The position numbers were made by a program, and so were the translations under genes. Source: Camelus dromedarius (Eukaryota). From it: DNA of 64,000 nt. Where the stretch lies: contig NC_087464.1 of assembly GCF_036321535.1 (NCBI RefSeq), positions 22,444,001-22,508,000 of the forward strand, given 5' to 3'. Within the stretch, counting starts at the first letter, position 1, and every line of letters starts with the position of its first letter. Below are positions 12,261 through 24,372 of the stretch, one piece after another. Below the pieces are notes generated by a model that was given only the letters and a program-made list of their open reading frames with translations, did no database searches and had not been told where the DNA came from.

Positions 12261-13094
12261 AGGGCGGAGACTATCTCCCCACTCCCTCTTCTATAAGGAC
12301 CACCTAACTTTCCCGGCATCTTAGTCCTTTTCCTTTCCTTTGTTCAAGTCAGTCTTTGCACCTGGAATCCCCTTCCCCACCATCATCATCTCCCATGGTT
12401 CTAGAAATCATCATGCTCCTTGAGGGCCTGGCCCAGGCCACTTGCCTGCCTGACTCTGTCCCACGGGTGGGGGGCCTGTATCCTTCCGAGCACCTTGCCC
12501 ACCCCCTCACTGCAGGGCTCATCGCCGCTCACCCCAAGCCTCGGCTGCTAAGGTAGAGTGTCCATCTTTCTCTGGAGCCATAGCACATCCAGACCGAGTT
12601 TCACATACCCCAGTGTTCCCAGCACAGTGCTAGGCTCAGACAGACACTTAGTCAGTGCTCATTAAATAAACTGCTAGTGAATCCAACACTCTGTGTGACA
12701 TGACATCCAGTGTCTGTGACTTGGAGATAGTGTTGAAACTATTGTTTCACAAACTTGGCAGCTGGAGGAATTATTTGGCAGTGTTTTTTAAAAGCACAAA
12801 ACACTACAGTATGTCCTCCCTTAAGGGGAGGACTCCAGAGGCATCAAGAAAATTGTGTCTCATTTGAACACGATTTCCCTTTTCCTGTTGACATCTTCCG
12901 TTGTACTTTGAGAAGACTGCAACCCTGTACCTTCGGGCAGGAACACCCAGTTGGGGAGGTCGCCGGGGCAGCTCCGTGGGGAAGGACACTTGGAGGCAGC
13001 TCAAGGACCAAGTGGGCACTGGGCCCAAGCAACCCTTCCCGTCTCACCAGACGCCTGCAGCTGCCTCACACACACCTACCTGGGGCTTCATAAC

Positions 13095-13265
13095 AGGCTC
13101 AGGCTTTGTGGTCAGACTCATTATGCAGAAAATTTCGCCTGCCGGAGCCTCGGGTTCTTCATCTGTGAGATGGGGCTGGTCCCATAGGATTGTTACAAAC
13201 AGTAAGTGAGAGGTTGCATGTAGAGCACGTCACGTACCGCCTGGCACCGTAGACGGTTAACAAAT
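13095..13265 (+). mobile_element. MIR fragment
   Basis: gcctcgggttcttcatctgtgagatgggg...cataggattgtt...gcctggcac. Confidence 0.7.
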
Positions 13266-14574
13266 GTTCCCTCTCAGCCCCACCCCTACACCCACCCTCA
13301 CAGACACACAAACCCGGTCTGGCGCCGGCCCCTGGAGTCAGAGCCTGCTCAGGATCTTGGGCTGAGCCGCTGATCCCATCAGAGTTTGAACTGGTATCCG
13401 GAATTTTTATTTTAACAGGGCCTCTGGGAGCTGGAAAGTCTTTGGGTCCCTAAGGAAGGGAGTTCAATGGCGGAAGGTAGCTGGGGAGACTGTGGGCCAG
13501 GGATCGTCCACAGGTGAGCATCCGTGTCATCTCTGATTATATCGCCCCGTCCCAGCCCCTCTCAGAACACCAGGGGCCCCCCAGCCATTACCCGTGGGGT
13601 CAAATCCCACCTCATCAGCCAGGCTCCCAAGGCCCTTGGTGATCTATCCTGTCTGCCTTCTTCGTTCATCCCATGAACTTGCCCAGGTCCCCAGCTCCGT
13701 GTCCGCGTCAGGCTGTGACTGGTCCTGGAACACCTGCCCTCACACTCAGCTCATTCCTATTACCCATAAACCTCCTAGTTAGGGACCATCTGCGCCTCTC
13801 CTGGAACACACCTTATTGTTGTCTGTGTCTGTGTTTCAGCTTCTCCACAGGCCCTGGGCATCTGGAGCCCTCAAGAGGACACTCACGGCGGAGCCCTGCT
13901 CGGGGCCTGCACGGCTCCACGGCTCAGCGCCGCCTCAGAATGAGGTGCTGGGCTTGTACTTGCTCAGATCAGAACAGCACAGCTGTGCTGGGGGATGGGA
14001 AGACAGGACTGCGCTCCTCCTGTGGGTTCTGAGGGGATTCAGGAGTCCCACCTGGGGACGCTGTGCCTTTTTCATTGGCACACAGGCACGTGGCAGGTGT
14101 TTGCATGTCCCTTTGGCCATTCTAAGCACACAAAGATAGTCTGACTATCTCTCATCTGCTCAAACACTCAGATGACCTCCTCCAGCACTGCACGAAAGAG
14201 CACTGGAACAGCAGCTTACAAAGTGCCCCAGAGACGCTGCAGGCAGGGCCACACCCACCTCCCTCTAGGAACCAGCCTCATATCACAGGATCACAGGCAA
14301 TGGAGCATGCCAAGTGCAAGTGGGTGCTCTCCTGCGTCCATGCATTGCTCCTTCTGGTCCAGGCCCTGCCTCAGCGATAGAGAAGAGAGATGGAGGTGAT
14401 CAGGGAAACCTTCTGGTGGGGGAGTCCGTAAGATGCTGTTGAAGGAAGAAAAAGATGCAGGACAGAAACAGGGATAAGACGGGTATGTGGGTGAGTGTGT
14501 CCCTGTCTGATGCCCATGGAGTAGGAGCCAGACTCCACCACTCCTGGTGCCAGTATGTGTCTGCTGCAAAGGCA

Positions 14575-14715
14575 GGACAATGGCCACTATGCCTATTGTA
14601 CAGATGAGAAAACTGAGGCTTAGATGGGTCAAGATCACACAACTCAGCCACTTAGGGTTGGCAGAGCCAGGTCTTCTGATTCCAAGGCCAGAGACCTTGC
14701 ATTATACCAGGTTGC
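14575..14715 (-). mobile_element. MIR fragment
   Basis: cctattgtacagatgagaaaactgaggcttaga...gtcaagatcacac. Confidence 0.85.
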
Positions 14716-14784
14716 TTCTTCCAGGGGTTTGGTGGTGCAGTTTGGTGGTGATACTGGGGAAAAAAGTGCTATTGGTCTGGCATT

Positions 14785-15600
14785 GATGAGTGTGTTATTG
14801 TGTTTTGTAATAAGAAATATGTATTTGGTGTTTGTCCTGGTCCTGGCACAGAGTTCTCCAACCCTTGGAATTTCCTAAGTGAGGAGAGTAATAAAGGTGT
14901 CTTTTGTTCTGTTATTGAAGTGACTTTTGGAAAGCCTCTAGGTTGGGGCTGGTCACCAGAGGAATTAACCATGTGTAATTGAAGGGTTGGAACTTTCGGT
15001 TCCACCCCCCACCCCCATCAACCCTTCCCAACTCCCCCCTCCCACCTCCAGGGAAGGGAGGGAAGCTACAGATTGAGTTCAATCACCGATGACTAAGGAT
15101 TTAATCAGTTGTGCCTTTGTCATGAAATCTCCCTAAAAACCCAAAAGGGCTGGGTTTGGAGAGCTTCTGCGTTGGGGAACATGTGGAGATGTGGGGAGAG
15201 CGGAGCTCAGAAAANNNNNNNNNNNNNNNNNNNNNNNNNNNNNNNNNNNNNNNNNNNNNNNNNNNNNNNNNNNNNNNNNNNNNNNNNNNNNNNNNNNNNN
15301 NNNNNNNNNNNNNNNNNNNNNNNNNNNNNNNNNNNNNNNNNNNNNNNNNNNNNNNNNNNNNNNNNNNNNNNNNNNNNNNNNNNNNNTCCTCGAGTAGAGA
15401 GCTGGTAGGTCAGAAGCACTGAACTTGTGATAGGTGCCTGCAGTGGGTGGCGGCGAGCAATGTTGTAGGACTGAGCCCTTACCTAACCTGTGGGGATCTG
15501 ATGCTATCTCCAGATCGACAGAGTCAAAACTGAATTGTGGGACACCCAGCTGATGTCACAGAATTGCTTGATGTGGGGAAAAAAAAACCCATATGTTAGA
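14785..15600 (+). mobile_element. MER21-type ERV solo LTR (contains N gap)
   Basis: aataagaaatatgtatttggt, cctggcacagag, cccttggaatttcctaagtga, gggttggaactttc, ggtcagaagc, gggacacccagctg. Confidence 0.85.
15215..15386. other. Assembly gap (172 N)
   Basis: N run. Confidence 1.
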
Positions 15601-18220
15601 ACTGGGAGAAGAATTGAAATGAGCAACTGGAACTCCTATACGTGGCTGGTAGGAATGTAAATGGGCACAGTAACACTTTGCAAAAGTGTTTAACAGCATT
15701 TGCTGAAGCTGAACATATGCGTACCTGATAACCCAGCAGCTCCCCACTGCGTACCAGACACAGTCTAGGTCCTAGAACGTGCACAGTGGCACTAGCCAGA
15801 AAGCAACAAAGCTGGAAATTCCCAAATGCCCATCAGCAACATAATGGGTAAAACTATTGCCATATATTTATACAATGGAATTCTAAATAGCAATATGCAT
15901 GAACAAACTACTACACACACCCAGGTGGATACATGTCACAAACATAAAGAACTCACTTATGCAGCATTCAAACCAAGCAAAACGAATCAAGTGGATCCCC
16001 CTGAAACCAGCCCTCCAGAAGTCCCTAACTTCTAACCCCATTTTCTGTGTGTCTTATTCTTCAGCAAACATGCAGACTTTAAAAAAATGAAGACAATCTC
16101 CATAAACTGATATAGAGTGATCCAGGATTTGTTGGTAAGTGAAAAAAATCAAAGTACAAAAATGTACCTATAGCATGTAACTTTTTGTGGAAGAAAGAAA
16201 AGGAAATAAGAAAACTTATGTGATTGATTTTGCAAAAAGAAACACAGAAGGCTACGCTAATGAGATCAGTCACCCCCAGAGGCTGGGTGGGAAGGTGGTG
16301 GCAGGGGCGGGAGGATTGCTCTCAGTGTACATTTTTTGAATAGAATTGACTTTTGGAACCATGTTAAAGCTTTACATATTCATATAATAATAATAACAAT
16401 AATACTAAAAGATGGGGAAAATCCCTAAAATGGAATACACGCAGAAACAAGCAAACCTAACTGTATTTCAGGTGAGTAACACAACCACAGTGAGAGTGAA
16501 AGCGTGCTCTAAGGAAGTTTTGAACACAGTATTTTGATTATATACACCCAGATGAAGGATGAAAAGGGGCTGCAAAAACATCAAATTTTGAGTTAGCAGG
16601 TTTGCTTTTCTCCGTGGTATAAGTTAGCAATTCTGATACGCTTTTCTTTGTGTTCTAGGCTTAAGCAAATGAGTAAATATAATGAAAGTCATGGATCCAG
16701 GTTTCTCCCTGTTGGAGAAGTGAGTTACAAATGTGTTAACAGGGAGGACCAGAATGTACCTCTAGGTATTGGACAGGAATTGGAGGGAACAGTATGAGCA
16801 TATGAACTTATAAATAGATGTCAATATAGATCTGGTTATGTATATTCTGCCTCCCAGAACTTTTTCTGCTAAAATAAAAAAGGGTTCCTACGCAAATGGC
16901 TGATTCCAAGCCAAGGACATGATGAGTCTGAAAGGAGAAACTGCTAAAAAGAACAATGGGGAAATGTCAAAAAGACACACAGGTCAGCTCAAAGGAACTC
17001 CCACCAGCCAAATCTGGGACAATTTACGTATCAAATAATGATAGGAATTATGAGCCACTAAATAAAATAAGAATCCATGAGTTCATAAAAATACAATATA
17101 ATAAATATAAATAAATACATGGGGGAAAGAAAAAGCTTTTCCTTATGATAGAATTTGAACTAATAAATAAAGAGGAAATTATGGGCTTAGAAAATCACAC
17201 TTGGCCACCATCAAAGTAATAACTGATTCAGGCAAGAATCCATCAATGGGTCCTAAAATTAGTGGGTAAAAAGCTTAATAAAAAGGATATTTATATAGTT
17301 TTCGGATGACTCCCCTGAATACTTTTTAAATAGAAGTGGAAATGCAGTAACTTTACAGCAGTAGATCCTACCTTAAGCAGTAACCCAAGTTAATTTCACT
17401 AGAAGTAGAACAGACAGACATCAAATACCTCCTGGGATGTAAGAACACAATGTCACTGCTGTGATAATCCTGCCAAAAACCAGCAACCTGAATCTCATCA
17501 TGAGGAAACACCAGACAAACATAAACTGAAGAATACTCACTAAAATAACCAGCCTGTACTCTTCAAAAATGTCAAGCTCATGAAAGACAAAGAAAGGCTG
17601 AGAAATTATTCCAAATTAAATGAGACGAAAAAGATATGACAACTAAATGCCAGGACCAAATCCTGAACCAGAAAAAAAAGTTTGATAAAGGATATTATTG
17701 GGACAATTCGGAAAATTTGAATAAGACGGTCTATGGATTAGATAATATTTTATCAATGTTAATATTCCAATTTTGATAACAGAGGCGAGAAAATATCCTT
17801 GTTCTTGGGAAGCATACACTGAAATATTTGGGGATAATATTCATAGCAGGCTTATTCATAATAACCAAAGACTAGGAATAACCCCAATGTCCATCAACAA
17901 TGGGTAAACTGTGGTCCATCAATACAATGAAATACTATTCAGTTATAAAAAGGAATGAGCTGTTGACACGTGCAACTACGTGGATGAATCTCAAAATAAT
18001 TAAGCAGGCTACTCCCAAATGGCTCAAGAAAAAACTCATACGTGTATATAATTATACATATATATATATATATATATACAGAGAGAGAGAGAATGGTAAG
18101 GAAAATATAGCAAAATGTTCATTGTTGGTGAATTTGGGTGAAGGAGAAATGGGAGTTCTTTGGGCTGGTCTTACAACTTTTCTGCAAGTTTACAGTTACT
18201 TCAAAATAAAGATTTAACTA
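15600..18220 (+). mobile_element. Composite of old L1M 3' fragments (L1MC/L1ME-type 3' UTR)
   Basis: AT-rich block with ggaatgtaaatgg, aaatctgggacaattt, ataactgattcaggcaagaatc, ctaatcatgagg-like and cagcctgtactcttcaaaaatgtcaag motifs, ending ttcaaaataaag. Confidence 0.82.
18058..18092. repeat. (TA)n-(GA)n compound microsatellite within L1 3' UTR
   Basis: Read directly. Confidence 0.9.
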
Positions 18221-18254
18221 ACTGCCTAATAAATGCTATTTGCCATGCTTATAT

Positions 18255-18720
18255 TATTATTTACATGTTTGTTTACTGAGGTAAAATTTACATACAGCCT
18301 TAAGTGTACAATTCTATAGCTTGTGACAGCTGTCCATGTCCACATGCCACAAGCCAAATCGAGGTGCAGAGCACCTCTCATGCCTCCTTCCGATCGTCCC
18401 CTGCTTCTGCCCTGAGAAAACCACTCTTCTGGTTTCTGTCGTCAAGGTTAGTTTCACCTTCTGGATTTCACATAGAATCACGTGGTATGTCCTCATTTGT
18501 GCCTGGCTGCTCTCACTCAACATACTGATTTTGAGATTCACCCACATGGTTACATGCATCAGCAGCTCATTCCTTTTCACGGCTGAGTAGCAGTTCATTG
18601 TATGGACATACTGCAGGTTGCCAATGGTGGATGGACACTGGGGCTGTTTCTCCGGGTTGTTATGAGTAAGCCTGCTATGGATGTTCTTGCACAGGTTGTT
18701 GTGTAGACCCATGTCTTCAT
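18255..18720 (-). mobile_element. L1M 3' fragment
   Basis: ttgagattcacccacatgg, ttcattgtatggacatac, ggatggacactggggctgtttc. Confidence 0.85.
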
Positions 18721-21089
18721 GGCACCACCCAGCTCCCTCTGGCAATTCCAACTCTGCCCTTGACCTCACTCACATACATGAGTAGAAACATAACCTTGGT
18801 TTTTTCAGAATACCAGAAAAGATTCCTGATCCAAATTATCTCTTCTGAGAACGCCTAAAGTTCCACCTTTAGCTGTTTCTTCTTTTGAAGCTACCCTAGC
18901 TCTGGCTGGTCTGAAATTTTGTTGGAAGAGAGTTCACCAAATACTTTTCTTCTGGCTGGGAGGGCCTTTGGATAGGGCTAAGGAATGGGGGTGAAGGGGA
19001 GACAGAGAAATGTCTGCACGTCACCATTTTCTGAGCAGTGTACACTTTCAGGCTATTCTTTACTCGGGCTGTGTCCTCCTTAGCTATTCCTATCAGACAC
19101 CCCATCCCTAGGCTAAACCATCAGGTCAATTGAGGAACTTGGCTTCCCAGACCTGTCCATCCCCAGACAGTCAGCAGCTCTTCTGGAAAGAGGGAGGGAG
19201 GCCCATGAGGAGTCTCCGTGTTCCTGAACCCGCAAGGGTCCCTGAGACCTGGGTGTTGGGGGCGGGGGTGGGCGGAGCGGGGAGCGAGGGGCTTGTGTGC
19301 TGGCAAACGAGCCTGCAGCCGCGGGCAGGGATGGATCTGCTGGTCCTCGCGGGAGCAAGCCTCTCTCTAGATCAGTGGAATAAGCCAATTTGTGCCCCCA
19401 CCACCTTCCTCCCAGGAAGGATTCAGAAGGCTTTGTGTAAGGGGATTAAGGCTTTAGCCTGCTCAGCAGGGGAAAGGGCTCTTGGCTCCAAGTTCTGTGG
19501 CTGTGTGGCCATGCTTGCATGTGCCCACGTGGCCATGGGGGCCACTGCAGGCCCTGACTCAAGGGCAGCAGGGGCTGCAGCTGGAAACAGGAGCTGCTGC
19601 TGACAGCCTCCCCAGGGAGGGGGCTCCGCGCCGCGTGCCTGTGTCCTCTGAAGGTCCCAAGAGCAGCCTTTCAGGAATGTGGTGGGGGGTGGCGGAGGTG
19701 GGCAGGAAGAGACGCCCCGGAAAGATCTGAGCCCAGGAAGGAGTGCCAGCGGGGTCCAGCAGAGTTCCTGCTCTGTGTCTGCTGGGCCTGGGCTGGGTGC
19801 TGACACAGACGCCTTTTGTACAGCTTTAGACCCAAACTTGGAATTGGAAAGCCAGAGTCTGCACCTCAGTCTTCACTCACAAGCTCTGTGAAATGGGGAG
19901 TCTGGCTTTCCTGTGGCCACATGGGAATGAGTGTCCTCCAAGACAGGATGGCCCAGGAGGGAGGGTGCTGTCCACCTGAGGGACCCTTGCTGGGACTGTG
20001 CCACTCTGAAGACTGCGGTATGTCCCGTGGAGGCCCGGGGACAACCAGGGCAGCTCAGATGGCATGGGGATGTTGGAGGTGGGGACAGGACTGAGGGCTC
20101 TGCTTCTGCTTAGGAGGAGAGCTGCCTCTGCATCCTCTGCTCACCCCACAAATCCTGAAGGCTCCCTGCCCCCCTTTACTTCCTCTAGCCAGGGGGCTGG
20201 CCAGGCCCTGGGAGAAAAGCTGGGGGGAGTGGGCAGAGAGGGTGAGGACAGACCAGCCTGCAGTGTTCTCCCCGCCCGCCAGCCTGGCCTGCACTTCCCA
20301 GGACCTGCCTGAGTCTCTCAAGGCCTTGGCCTTGGAACCTTGGTGCCCGACTCCGTCTGTGGGACTGGCCTGGGAAAGCCTCAGTCTCCTCGTCTATGGA
20401 ACAGCATGTGGAGAGGGAGGCCCAGACTAGGTGCCCACACAGGGCCCTCCTGATAGAGTCCTTCAGGCAGCTGACCACCCTGGCCATGTTCTAGGATCAA
20501 ACTCTAAGCAGGTGGGAGGGACTTAAGAAAGCAGCTGATGTGCTGTGCCCATTGCTCAGAAGGGGACAGTGAAGCCCAAGGGGGATGGGGCTTACCCTAT
20601 CTCCTGATGCTCAGCCTGCTCTCCCTGTCCCCTGGCACTTAGCAGGAAGCAGAGCATTTTCCTGGTCCAAGCAGGGAGGTAGGGAGGCAGCTGGCTCCTC
20701 CCTTGGGGCCCCAGGCCAACCCAGAGGAGCTCAGCAGGAATATTCTCTGGTCATAGCTGCCTTCCACCAGACTGCCTTAGGCTGGGCCCAGGGCCTCGAG
20801 GTCCTGGGGACATTGCTTTCTGTTTATTTTCTGCCTGGCTTCTGCACGCATTGTGGTTTCCACTTGGAAGGCCTGCACTGGGAACTGTGGGGCCTGCTCT
20901 GGGGGCTGAGCTGTATCTGTGGGAAAGTTTGGGTTCTGCTGATGGTTCACAGACTTGGCCAAGACCCTAATCCCTAAATTCCCATGCCGTGGGCCGTGGG
21001 CTCAGCTCCTCCAGCCAGTGCCTCTAGCTGCGCTGGTTTACAGTTAGTGGCAGGCCAGAGGGATCTTCTAGTCCAGACTCCTCACCTCC

Positions 21090-21200
21090 TATTTCACAGA
21101 TGGGGAAACTGAGGGCAGAGAGGGCAGGAACTTGTCCAAGTCCCTCCTAGCCCATGGCAGAACTGGGACTGGAACAGGGCTGCCTGGTTCCCAGCTCAGG
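21090..21200 (-). mobile_element. MIR fragment
   Basis: cctatttcacagatggggaaactgagggcagagag...cttgtccaag. Confidence 0.85.
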
Positions 21201-21454
21201 GAGCTGTCCGTGGGGCCTGAAATCCCCTCGTGCCTCTGGGCTTTGCTGGAGTAGGGTGGACACCCAGGGATGCCTGAAGCCCTGACTTTCCCATGACTTC
21301 TCTCTGGAAGGGGCCAGCCCTCCTTCCCCACTGTGCCCTGGCCACAGCCCAGGCTCTGGGCAGAAGGGAAGTTGGGAGGGGGCCGCCCCTGCTCTTGTCT
21401 CTGGAGTCCCTGAGAACCTGACCCACTGCTGAAAGGGCTGTGCTCAGGCCTGGG

Positions 21455-21635
21455 AACCAGCCCTTGGATTTGAATTCTACTCCCCTCTCCCCTGCCCACT
21501 GGCTGAGCAACTCTAGGCAAATCGTCCCAGCAGCCTGTGCCTCAGTTTCCTTACGTGTAAAGGGGACTTGTAACAATCTCCCCTTACAGAGGCTAACGGG
21601 AGTAGAGGTACTGCGTGAGCTGTAAAGGGCTTGGA
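21455..21635 (+). mobile_element. MIR fragment
   Basis: ggatttgaattctac...gcctcagtttccttacgtgtaaagggg...gtaaagggcttggag. Confidence 0.75.
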
Positions 21636-22330
21636 GCGCATTGGGGAACGGAGGCCATCGGCCACGGACCTGCTCAAAGCAGCAGCTGGGAAGAGCCCAA
21701 GGCCCCGTCTTGCCTAGGCAGGCCAGCTGTGGGGCCCGAGGGAGGCGGTGAAGGTGCTAAGCCATCTCTAGAGAATGCCTGCCCTCTCTAGGGAGTGCCG
21801 AGGCCGCGGGTAGGGAGCAGGCTAGCCTGGTGGGTGGCCCCACTTTGCAAGGGCCGCAGGATTCCCGCCACCAGGCTAGCCGGGTGCTCTCTGTTGGGGG
21901 AGCTGATAATTGAGCCGTCTCTCAGGGAGCAGACCCTGATTTTTATTCATCTGCAGGACAAAGGAAGCAGAGCTGTCCTGCTGAGGAGACTGTGAGAAGG
22001 AGATGAGACGAAGGGGGAAGTCGTTTATCTTCCCAGCCTCTCCTGCTTGGGGGATTTTTCTGGCATGTGATGGAGGAAGAGGAAGCCAACACCAGAGCCT
22101 TGGAGGAGGAGGGCTCTGTAGCTCCTGTCCCTAGTACATCTCTGCCCCTGTCCCCCAGCCACCTGCCTCTAATCTATTTAACGCCTCTTCGTTGCTGTTT
22201 TTGTGGGTTTTTTTAATAACCTTTCTCAGCTCAGGTCCCCGGGGCCTTCTTGGTGAATGAAAAGCTCCCAGGGTCTCAGTCGCAGCAGCCCCTGGTGCTG
22301 GCTGGGCTGTTCCCCTGAAGGGGACACGGC

Positions 22331-22363
22331 TTCAAGGTCAGGCTGACGCCAGCTGACCTTGAA
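22331..22363. promoter_or_regulatory. Inverted pair of perfect TCAAGGTCA (NR5A/ERR) sites around a CRE half-site
   Basis: ttcaaggtcag-gctgacgccag-ctgaccttgaa; 11-bp perfect inverted arms. Confidence 0.6.
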
Positions 22364-22619
22364 AGCTTCCCGTGCCTCCCCTGACGTGCCTCCACGCTCC
22401 AAGCTCAGTGAGCTCCATCACATTAAAAAGCTGTTAAAAGCATCCATCTGGTTCACTGCCTCTGAGACTCTTCGATCGATGGCCGGGAGGGCAGCCTCAG
22501 TTCCAGGATGAGCCTCTGCAAGGGTCTGCCCTGGGGACCCCAGCCTGCCGGGCCGCCTGGCAACTTCCCATCCATCCACTCTCACTCAAGGGAGGGCAGT
22601 GGGAGGAAGACAAAATAGT

Positions 22620-22690
22620 CAGGATGGGGAGGATGTACACTGTACATTACGTGTGTGTGAAAGGCGCCCCCTGGAGTTGTGCAGTGATCA
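22620..22690. mobile_element. MER91-like hAT-Tip100 remnant carrying a CTCF-like motif
   Basis: gaaaggcgccccctggagttgtgcagt matches the MER91 core as I remember it. Confidence 0.55.
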
Positions 22691-22699
22691 GGGTTAATG

Positions 22700-23090
22700 G
22701 TTACCCTTTGCCAGACATTAGCCTAAGTGCTTTAACCAGATGAATTCACTTACACTTCACAACAACCAGTGAAGTAGAGCTGTTATTAACCCCATTTTGC
22801 AGCTGAAAAAATGAGGCACAGGGAGGTCAAGTAACTTCCTCAAGGCCACACAGCTGCTTAGTGTGTGGAATGAGGATGTAGGAATTCTGGCTCCAGAGCT
22901 CGCTGTAGCATCTGGTGCTGGCTGGGCTGCCCCCAGGAAGGGGACAGGCTATACTTTCCCGTACGTCCTCACAGCAATCCTGAGAAAGACGTGTAATCAT
23001 GCTTGTATTACAAGTAAAAGAACTGGGGCTTAGGAACATTAAGGCACTTCTCCAGGGGCACACAGCTAGTAAGCAGTTGAAGAGGCACTC
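22700..23090 (-). mobile_element. Two tandem MIR fragments
   Basis: cccattttgcagctgaaaaaatgaggcacagggaggtcaagtaacttcctcaaggccacacagc, then a second copy from about 22960. Confidence 0.8.
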
Positions 23091-23849
23091 AACCCCAGAA
23101 CTCACTGGCTTCAAACTTGCCTGCAGGGGGTTTTGGTGTCCCCCTTCCCACTCTGCACATGGTGTATCGCCTGGGCTGCTGGTAGCAGCCTCCTCTGGGC
23201 TGTGGCTGTCCCCACTCATGGCACAGAAAGCTTCTCCTGTCTGGATTACTAAGGAAGCCTGAGCTGGGCCTCAGAACTCTGGGGCTTTGGTCCTGAGTTG
23301 CCGTGTGGCCACAGACAAGCCCTGTCCCTCGCTGGGCCTGCATGTCCTCAGGCGAGAGGTCTGGAGCTGCCGTTAGACAGGTCAGATAACCAGGCCTGGG
23401 AGGGTGTAAGAAGTGCACACAGGGGTGTGTGCTGGGCTTTGGGCCCCTCATTAAATTCCAGACAAACCTAGCTGCAGGCTTCCGTGCTGGGCTTCACTGG
23501 CCTCCAGAGCCTCTTGTCTGCCTGCTAATGGGTTTTAGTGCTCCTGCAGGGCCTGGCAGCAGCAAAGCCCTCAGAGCCTCGCAGCCAGCCCCTCCTGGGC
23601 TGGGGAGGGCTCCATGGGAGCCACTGCCCTCACTCCGCCACCTAGCTGGCCTGGCCTCTCTGCAGACATGTCATAAGCAGAGCTAGGGGGAAGGGAAGGG
23701 ATGGGAGGAGTCCCCCGTGGAGATGACAGGTCGTGCCCGCACTCCATTTTGCTGCTGCCACATGTGGCTCTGATGAGCCCACAGCTCTATCATTTGTGAG
23801 ATCTTCAGATTAACCCGTGAAGGCCCACCTTCCAACGACAATTTTAATG

Positions 23850-24372
23850 CCAAGGCCCGCATAACCTGTCCCTGTCTCTCCATCACCTTTCCCACCTCAT
23901 CACCTCCCACTCTTCCCTCCCCTCACTCTGCTCCAGCCACACTGGCCTCTCTGCTGTCCTCAAGAACACCAGACCCACTGCCACCTCAGGGCCTTTGCAC
24001 TGATGACCACTCCACTGCCCCGCCCCTCCCCTCGGTCCTCGTGGTTGGCTCACTTCTTCAGCCACTTCAAGTCTGCTCTTGCTTTTCACCTTCTCACCAA
24101 GGCCTGCCCTGACCGCTTGACTTCACACTGCCTCCTCCTGGCTGGCCCCACCCCCCGAGGCTGTGCTGTCGCATTGCACGCATTCATCGCTTTCTGGGAC
24201 TTTGTCATTGACTCATTTATATTGTTTTCCTCCTTCTCCTTTATTAGAATATAAGCTCTAGGAAGGCAGGGAATTTTGTTTGCTTTCTTCAACATCGAAT
24301 CCCTCCCCAGCACCTAGAACAGGGCCTAAACACAGTGTAGGTACTCAATAAACACCTGTGGAATGAATGAGT
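23850..24372 (+). mobile_element. L2a 3' end
   Basis: ctcactctgctccagccacactggcc, cctcagggcctttgcact, tagaatataagctc, caataaacacctgtggaatgaatga. Confidence 0.9.
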
